A stretch of DNA of 64,000 nucleotides from a bacterium (GTDB lineage Bacteria; UBA10199; 2-02-FULL-50-16; JAJFLM01), in assembly GCA_965216315.1 (NCBI GenBank), contig CBDCFN010000016.1, positions 1,632,001 through 1,696,000 of the forward strand. The letters run 5' to 3'. How positions within the stretch are numbered: the stretch's first letter is position 1; every line of letters begins with the position of its first letter. Both the position numbers and the translations under genes were made by a program. Under the pieces are notes generated by a model. The model was not told where the DNA came from, made no database searches, and saw only the letters and a list, made by a program, of their open reading frames with translations. Below are positions 59,006-64,000 of this stretch, piece by piece.

Positions 59006-60136
59006 CTACTTTATAAGTGAGCAACCTCCGCTGGACCCACTATTAGTCGCACAATCAGCCGCACAGGAGGCCTCCGTCTCTCCGACTTCACAAGAACCAT
59101 TGCCACAGACAGTCTCGCTGCCAGCACAATCCTCGACGCAAGATGACACCGTTTCGTCATCATCACAGACATCATCGCCACAAACAGAACCGCTAGACGT
59201 CACGCAATCAGCGGGACAGGTCGCAGAGGTTTCCGGGTCCACACAAATATTGTTACCACATATTTCACCGCTTCCACCGCAGTCTTCTGCGCAGGAAGTT
59301 ACCGTCTCGTCTCCCTCACACACATCATTGCCACAAACCGATCCGACAGAGCAATCTTGGGGGCAATTCGAAGCATTCTCACCGCTGTTGCAAAAGCCAT
59401 TGCCGCACAGCCCGCCTCCTCCGCCGCCACCCCCACCGCAATCATCAGGACAGTTCGAGCTATTCTCGCCCGGCTCACAATCCCCATTGCCGCATACAGC
59501 CGGACAATCGGCAGGGCAGGTCGCATTCGTCTCTCCACAATCGCAGGAAGCATTTCCACAGGCGACCGTTCCAACCAGCGTCGACGTGCCTGCATTATTG
59601 GTGACACTGACTTCATCACAATCCAAGTCGACGAAACTATCATCGTCATTCCGACTCAATGACTGAATGGCTTCATGATTTCCGCCCGTCCAGCCACTGA
59701 CCTGTGAACTCTCAACAGTATCGACTTCACAAGGAGTGCCGCCACCACAATTGGGAGTTCCTGCCGCAATATAAAAAGCAATGTTAACATTGGCATCAAA
59801 ATTAGCGCACTCTGAATTACCAAAACTAAGATCTCCAGCAACGCTGGCAAAAGATTCAAAGCCGGAGCTCGCGGCTAATATCTTGTCGCCATCATTGTGA
59901 TTACCACTATTAAGCGTCGAGGCGAAAGACCCGAAAGCAACCAAAGTAGAGCTATCTTTGCGGATTTCATCTGCAGCGTCGAATTGATCTTGATTGTTAC
60001 TAAATATCTCCATCTCAACCGCACACTCGGTATTACTGAGCTTCACTATGCGACTGATAAAAACGTCGTGATGAACGGCAAACGCAGTCTGAGGGCAAGA
60101 TAAGCACCCTATCAAAACTATTAATAATTTTTTCAT
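59006..60136 (-). CDS. Secreted protein with seven Cys-rich CGN/D repeats and C-terminal GGCSLIK
   Basis: Signal peptide, repeats of the form CGNxxCxxxExxxxCxxDC. Confidence 0.8.
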   Translation of the reverse strand: MKKLLIVLIGCLSCPQTAFAVHHDVFISRIVKLSNTECAVEMEIFSNNQDQFDAADEIRKDSSTLVAFGSFASTLNSGNHNDGDKILAASSGFESFASVAGDLSFGNSECANFDANVNIAFYIAAGTPNCGGGTPCEVDTVESSQVSGWTGGNHEAIQSLSRNDDDSFVDLDCDEVSVTNNAGTSTLVGTVACGNASCDCGETNATCPADCPAVCGNGDCEPGENSSNCPDDCGGGGGGGGGLCGNGFCNSGENASNCPQDCSVGSVCGNDVCEGDETVTSCAEDCGGSGEICGNNICVDPETSATCPADCVTSSGSVCGDDVCDDDETVSSCVEDCAGSETVCGNGSCEVGETEASCAADCATNSGSSGGCSLIK

Positions 60137-60248
60137 GTGCTCCCTCCTACATGGCTTCACACAATCATAACCTGGACTCTACGTAAAGGATAATGAGTTA
60201 TCACGTAAAAGTTGACTTCACTTGAGTCCTGAGCCTTATGATCCTACA

Positions 60249-60797
60249 ATGTTTCGCACACTCATGGTGATTTTGTGGTGCGTTCTACTCTTCACGTCAA
60301 AAGTCTGGAGCCAAGAGGCGCTCGTTCCTCGCGGAACTCATGTCTTAACTCCAGCCCTTTCCGTCTCTCGCTCCCTCGGGCCGAACGACGGATGGGTCCC
60401 CGGCTTTAACTTTTCTTATGCCTACTTTCTAAAGGATTGGCTCCAAGCCGAAGGCGGAATTCAGTTCGAATACGGTTTCACGGATAATCAATTCTATGCC
60501 GGCAGCGCCTTGGGAGGCATCTCCTTCTTTTACAACCGTGGCTCGTGGGTCCTTCCCTTTGGCGGTTTTCGCATGGGCCTCGGCGCGTTACGCGAAAATG
60601 ACAGTTCGGGAGGAGTACAGAACCGAATGACCGTGACATTAGCACCCAAAGTCGGCGTGCTCTTTCGTGTCTCTAAGCTGATCGGAATTTACACCCATGT
60701 CGAATACCAACGTGTCTTTGTCATCGGCGACGAAAGGCAAGGCTACGAGGACCTCAACCTGCTGCGGATACCCGTCGGCGTTTCTTTTATGTTCTGA
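60249..60797 (+). CDS. Small outer-membrane beta-barrel protein
   Basis: Signal peptide, amphipathic strands, terminal Phe. Confidence 0.7.
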   Translation: MFRTLMVILWCVLLFTSKVWSQEALVPRGTHVLTPALSVSRSLGPNDGWVPGFNFSYAYFLKDWLQAEGGIQFEYGFTDNQFYAGSALGGISFFYNRGSWVLPFGGFRMGLGALRENDSSGGVQNRMTVTLAPKVGVLFRVSKLIGIYTHVEYQRVFVIGDERQGYEDLNLLRIPVGVSFMF

Positions 60798-60858
60798 ATC
60801 AAGTCCCATACCGCAATCAGTTGCTCCATCAGAGAATATATGCTTTCATAACGGTTCA

Positions 60859-61680
60859 ATGAATAACGAACGCCCTCCTTCACTCCGACCCTGGCAGGCC
60901 AAACTGCATACCGTCATCTTCGAGGCCGACACACAAAGTGGCAAGATCTTTGACGTCATCTTGATCGTCAGCATCGTCGGTAGCGTGTTGGCGGTGATGC
61001 TGGACAGTGTAGGGGCCATTCGCTTGCGTTATGGGGACATGTTCTATTGGTTGGAATGGGCCTTCACCATTCTTTTTACCATCGAATATCTGTTTCGCCT
61101 TATCTGTGTCGGTCGACCGACGCGTTATGCCCTGAGCTTCTTTGGGATCATCGACCTGCTGGCAATCCTACCGACCTATTTAAGTCTGATGGTGACTGGG
61201 ACCCACTTTCTCGTCGTGATACGGGTCCTAAGGGTCTTGCGAGTCTTTCGCGTCTTGAAACTCGTGCAATATGTGAGCGAAGCAAGAGTTCTCGCACTTG
61301 CATTACGCCAGAGCCGACGCAAGATCTTTATCTTTGTCTTTACGGTACTGACCCTGGTCGTCGTTCTTGGTTCCTTTATGTACGTCATCGAAGGGCAGGC
61401 CAGCGGCTTTACGAGCATACCTCGAGGAATCTATTGGGCCATTGTTACGATGACCACGGTTGGCTATGGCGACATCTCACCGACGACGGTGCTGGGCCAA
61501 ACCTTGGCTTCCGTTGTCATGCTTATCGGTTATAGCATTATTGCCGTCCCGACGGGTATCGTCACGGCCGCCATGACCCAAGCCTCCAAAGAAATCTCGA
61601 CCCAAGCCTGCCCTCAGTGCAGCGCCGAAGGCCATGATCCGGACGCGGAACATTGCAAATTCTGCGGAGCTGCGCTTTAA
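60859..61680 (+). CDS. Voltage-gated potassium channel (ion transport family)
   Basis: S4 RVLRVLRVFRVLK, filter TTVGYGD, C-terminal CxxC..CxxC. Confidence 0.92.
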   Translation: MNNERPPSLRPWQAKLHTVIFEADTQSGKIFDVILIVSIVGSVLAVMLDSVGAIRLRYGDMFYWLEWAFTILFTIEYLFRLICVGRPTRYALSFFGIIDLLAILPTYLSLMVTGTHFLVVIRVLRVLRVFRVLKLVQYVSEARVLALALRQSRRKIFIFVFTVLTLVVVLGSFMYVIEGQASGFTSIPRGIYWAIVTMTTVGYGDISPTTVLGQTLASVVMLIGYSIIAVPTGIVTAAMTQASKEISTQACPQCSAEGHDPDAEHCKFCGAAL

Positions 61681-61705
61681 TTATACAAATTTAGGAGACA
61701 CTATC

Positions 61706-61954
61706 ATGATTCATATTCTATTCCTTGTCGGCTTGTTGATTGGTGGCTCATCGGTAAGCGGTGTAATCCATGCCGCGGATACGGACACGGTCAATCCCCA
61801 GATAACGGATGCCGTCACCCAAACCGATACTAAGACAGAGACCGAAAAAAAGGAGCCGACCATGGTGAACGGACAAGTTACGGACGCAGTTGAAAGCGAG
61901 AAGAAAGGCGATGAAAAGAGATCAGAGACCGCCGATGAAAAAGCCAAGAACTAA
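61706..61954 (+). CDS. Small secreted protein with two RebB-like N-terminal motifs
   Basis: SD AGGAG, signal peptide, TVNPQITDAVTQT and MVNGQVTDAV. Confidence 0.65.
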   Translation: MIHILFLVGLLIGGSSVSGVIHAADTDTVNPQITDAVTQTDTKTETEKKEPTMVNGQVTDAVESEKKGDEKRSETADEKAKN

Positions 61955-61957
61955 CTC

Positions 61958-62317
61958 TTATCTGCACCCTCGCCGACGGAACCAACACGCAACAGCGGCT
62001 CCCAAGAGAGTCAAAACTGAATACATCGCCGCCATCAGTATGCCCACGGCATACAGATCCACGCCGGCACTATTTTGAACAAAACGGAGAATCGAAATGG
62101 CAAGAAATTGCCCCAAGAAAACTCCGATTGCACTGAGAAATGGTTGTTGGCCTATCGCCCCACAAATCAAGCCGGCCCCAAACAACCAGCTGAGGTAATA
62201 GAGCATGTCCTCATCCCAGGGCTCTGGATGACCCGTAAGCATCGGCAGCATGACCCAGACAAGGCCCCCGAAGGCCACACTAACAACGAATATCATGATT
62301 CTCTTGGTGTCAGACAT
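61958..62317 (-). CDS. Hypothetical membrane protein
   Basis: Four hydrophobic segments, EPWD motif. Confidence 0.7.
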   Translation of the reverse strand: MSDTKRIMIFVVSVAFGGLVWVMLPMLTGHPEPWDEDMLYYLSWLFGAGLICGAIGQQPFLSAIGVFLGQFLAISILRFVQNSAGVDLYAVGILMAAMYSVLTLLGAAVACWFRRRGCR

Positions 62318-62359
62318 AGGGACTCTACAGGCACCGCATGATATACTAATAATGTTACT

Positions 62360-62674
62360 ATGTCCCGAATACTCTCATTGTTATCAATGACTCCCCTTCT
62401 GTTTCTGCCGGCGTCGGCAGCTGCGATTGATTTGAGTAACACTTCGAAGCATAATGTCCGCGTCAAGATCACCGGTGAATTCGATCGGACCTGTTACACG
62501 AGCACTCTCGCCCCAGGTCAGACCACTTTCTTTGCCGCCACTCAGCCCGCCTGTCAGAAGGATCTCAAGATTGACTATCAGTATGAAGACGGCGATAAGC
62601 CGCGTCCTTGCACTAAAGCTGCCAAGTCAGGCGATCGTGTGAGTTTTGATGGGAGTGCGTGCGAGGGATGTTGA
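62360..62674 (+). CDS. Small secreted Cys-containing protein
   Basis: Signal peptide ending AAA, five Cys. Confidence 0.65.
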   Translation: MSRILSLLSMTPLLFLPASAAAIDLSNTSKHNVRVKITGEFDRTCYTSTLAPGQTTFFAATQPACQKDLKIDYQYEDGDKPRPCTKAAKSGDRVSFDGSACEGC

Positions 62675-62689
62675 ATTGCTGAGACGCCT

Positions 62690-63000
62690 TTATGGATCCG
62701 TAAGCGCTTCGAGATACGGGAGCAAGCCGGCTAGTGTCGCAAGACTCGGGTCGATCTGATGCCGGCTGTTTCTATCCAACAGCACGGCCGACATGCCCGC
62801 CGCACGCGCGCCATGAAAATCGGAAAAACGACTATCCCCGACCATGAGTATCTCGTCTAATGAGAGACCCAGACGCGTGGCTGCCTCGATAAAAATCTCC
62901 GTCTTCGGCTTGGTAAAACCAGCTTCCCAGGAAAACACTGTAGCATCGAAATACGCATCAAGCCCTAAACGCGTAACGGGCTCCGTATACGGCTCCGAGT
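62690..63000 (-). pseudogene. 5'-truncated HAD-family hydrolase
   Basis: KP..EIF, MVGDS..SD..GA motifs present; N-terminal DxD motif missing, frame closed by an upstream stop. Confidence 0.65.
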
Positions 63001-63063
63001 GAAGAGATTGAAATCATTCGGTTTCTAATGATAAACTCGATGTTTTAACTCATGGAGGTATCG

Positions 63064-63600
63064 ATGAATTTATTCAAATCACTTTCTCTGGGCGCGTTCT
63101 TGCTCACCGTGCTCGTTCTCGCAACCCGGCCGGTGCACGCCGGCGAATGCCCATCTGCAACAACAGTCACGAAACTTCCGACGATCGAGAAACACGGGCC
63201 GTTTGACCCTAAATCCGTAACGAACGCTTCCGCGACTTACACTGATAAGGGTTTGGTCGTCTTCTTAAGTAACGCAACGGTTGACGCTAAGAAGTCGGCA
63301 AGCCGGCTGCCCCTGCCCCCGGTCACCGGAAAAGGCAACATCGCCGTCGCCCTCACTTTCCAAAACAAAGAAAAAATCATTGCGGGCACGTACGCCCCCA
63401 ACCGCTTTGGCAAGCCGATGAATTTGCGAAACTCCCTGTTCTTTGGATTTGCCGCAGGCGGCATGATGGGCTCGTTCAGCGCTAACGCGGGACAGGCCCA
63501 AATCACCGAACTCAGCGACGGCAAGGTTTGCGGGACCGTTGATATTCAAGGCACCGACGGCGCGGTGACTGGGAAGTTTACGGCAGGCATTGTTAAATAG
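63064..63600 (+). CDS. Hypothetical exported protein
   Basis: SD GGAGG, signal peptide ending VHA. Confidence 0.7.
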   Translation: MNLFKSLSLGAFLLTVLVLATRPVHAGECPSATTVTKLPTIEKHGPFDPKSVTNASATYTDKGLVVFLSNATVDAKKSASRLPLPPVTGKGNIAVALTFQNKEKIIAGTYAPNRFGKPMNLRNSLFFGFAAGGMMGSFSANAGQAQITELSDGKVCGTVDIQGTDGAVTGKFTAGIVK

Positions 63601-63678
63601 TTCTTATTTGCGCCTAGAATAGCTTAGGTGTAATATACGCATTTGGATGATGTGTCAGTGAAGGAGAAAGAGGAAAAA

Positions 63679-63963
63679 ATGAAGAAAATCATTACCATGG
63701 TATTAGTATTGGGTTTTATTGTGAGTAGCGCAGTGACCTATGGTCAAGTTTGTCGGAATATCTTACACGTGATCGGACCCATTTGGCCCGACATTGAAGG
63801 GTGCGAAGCTTTTGCTACCATGCTCGATCCTGTCTGCGAGAAAGGTTGCACGGATCCAAACCCAAGCAGACAGACTGTCGAATGCGAGGCCCAGTCTGAT
63901 GGCACCTATCGAGCTGTCATGACAATTAATGCGGGACCACCAAGCAAGCCCGATCCGCTCTAA
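63679..63963 (+). CDS. Small secreted Cys-rich protein
   Basis: SD-like GAGG, signal peptide, five Cys. Confidence 0.6.
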   Translation: MKKIITMVLVLGFIVSSAVTYGQVCRNILHVIGPIWPDIEGCEAFATMLDPVCEKGCTDPNPSRQTVECEAQSDGTYRAVMTINAGPPSKPDPL

Positions 63964-64000
63964 AGGCCTACGGTCACAACAACGCTGTCGCGAAAAATTG

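Noticed and set aside
58974..59666. 230-aa Pro/Gln/Ser-rich ORF
   Set aside because: Antisense shadow of the Cys-rich repeat gene
1..64000. rRNA, tRNA, CRISPR arrays, transposases, prophage genes
   Set aside because: None recognised by eye; tRNAscan-SE, Infernal and ISEScan would be needed to exclude divergent cases

Overview
A roughly 50% GC bacterial chromosomal window from a diderm, probably deltaproteobacterial-type organism (inferred from gene families; taxonomy is not provable here). I saw no rRNA, tRNA, CRISPR array or transposase. Ordinary content: hppA, an APC permease, a Zn/Mn-type ABC uptake operon, a type III PKS with its methyltransferase, an ECF sigma module, dtd, a DsrE/F triad, msrB, GST, NnrS, a CDGSH/glutamate-synthase-like pair, pirin, yqjG, pckA, SMUG1, fxsA, a heavy-metal RND operon, mscL, yihG and a K+ channel. 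The main hidden signal is a sigma-28 (FliA)-like promoter variant, (G/A)CAAC(T/C)TT-N11-NCCGA(T/A). It lies in the correct orientation just upstream of eight scattered, unrelated genes: a 2588-aa single-chain acyl-CoA carboxylase fused to a biotin ligase, a divergent acyl-CoA synthetase, a PAS histidine kinase, two lipase-like paralogues and three orphans. All eight products lack Sec signals and begin with charge-poor, S/T/N/A/L/G-rich N-termini, which suggests a co-regulated suite of exported effectors, largely acting on lipids (inference). Other notable items: three metal-sensing leader-peptide candidates ending in RAPP, RVPP or IFRPP; a loop-deleted L28 paralogue; a candidate sRNA; an RND pump with no adaptor gene; and a secreted protein with two R-body (RebB) N-terminal motifs.
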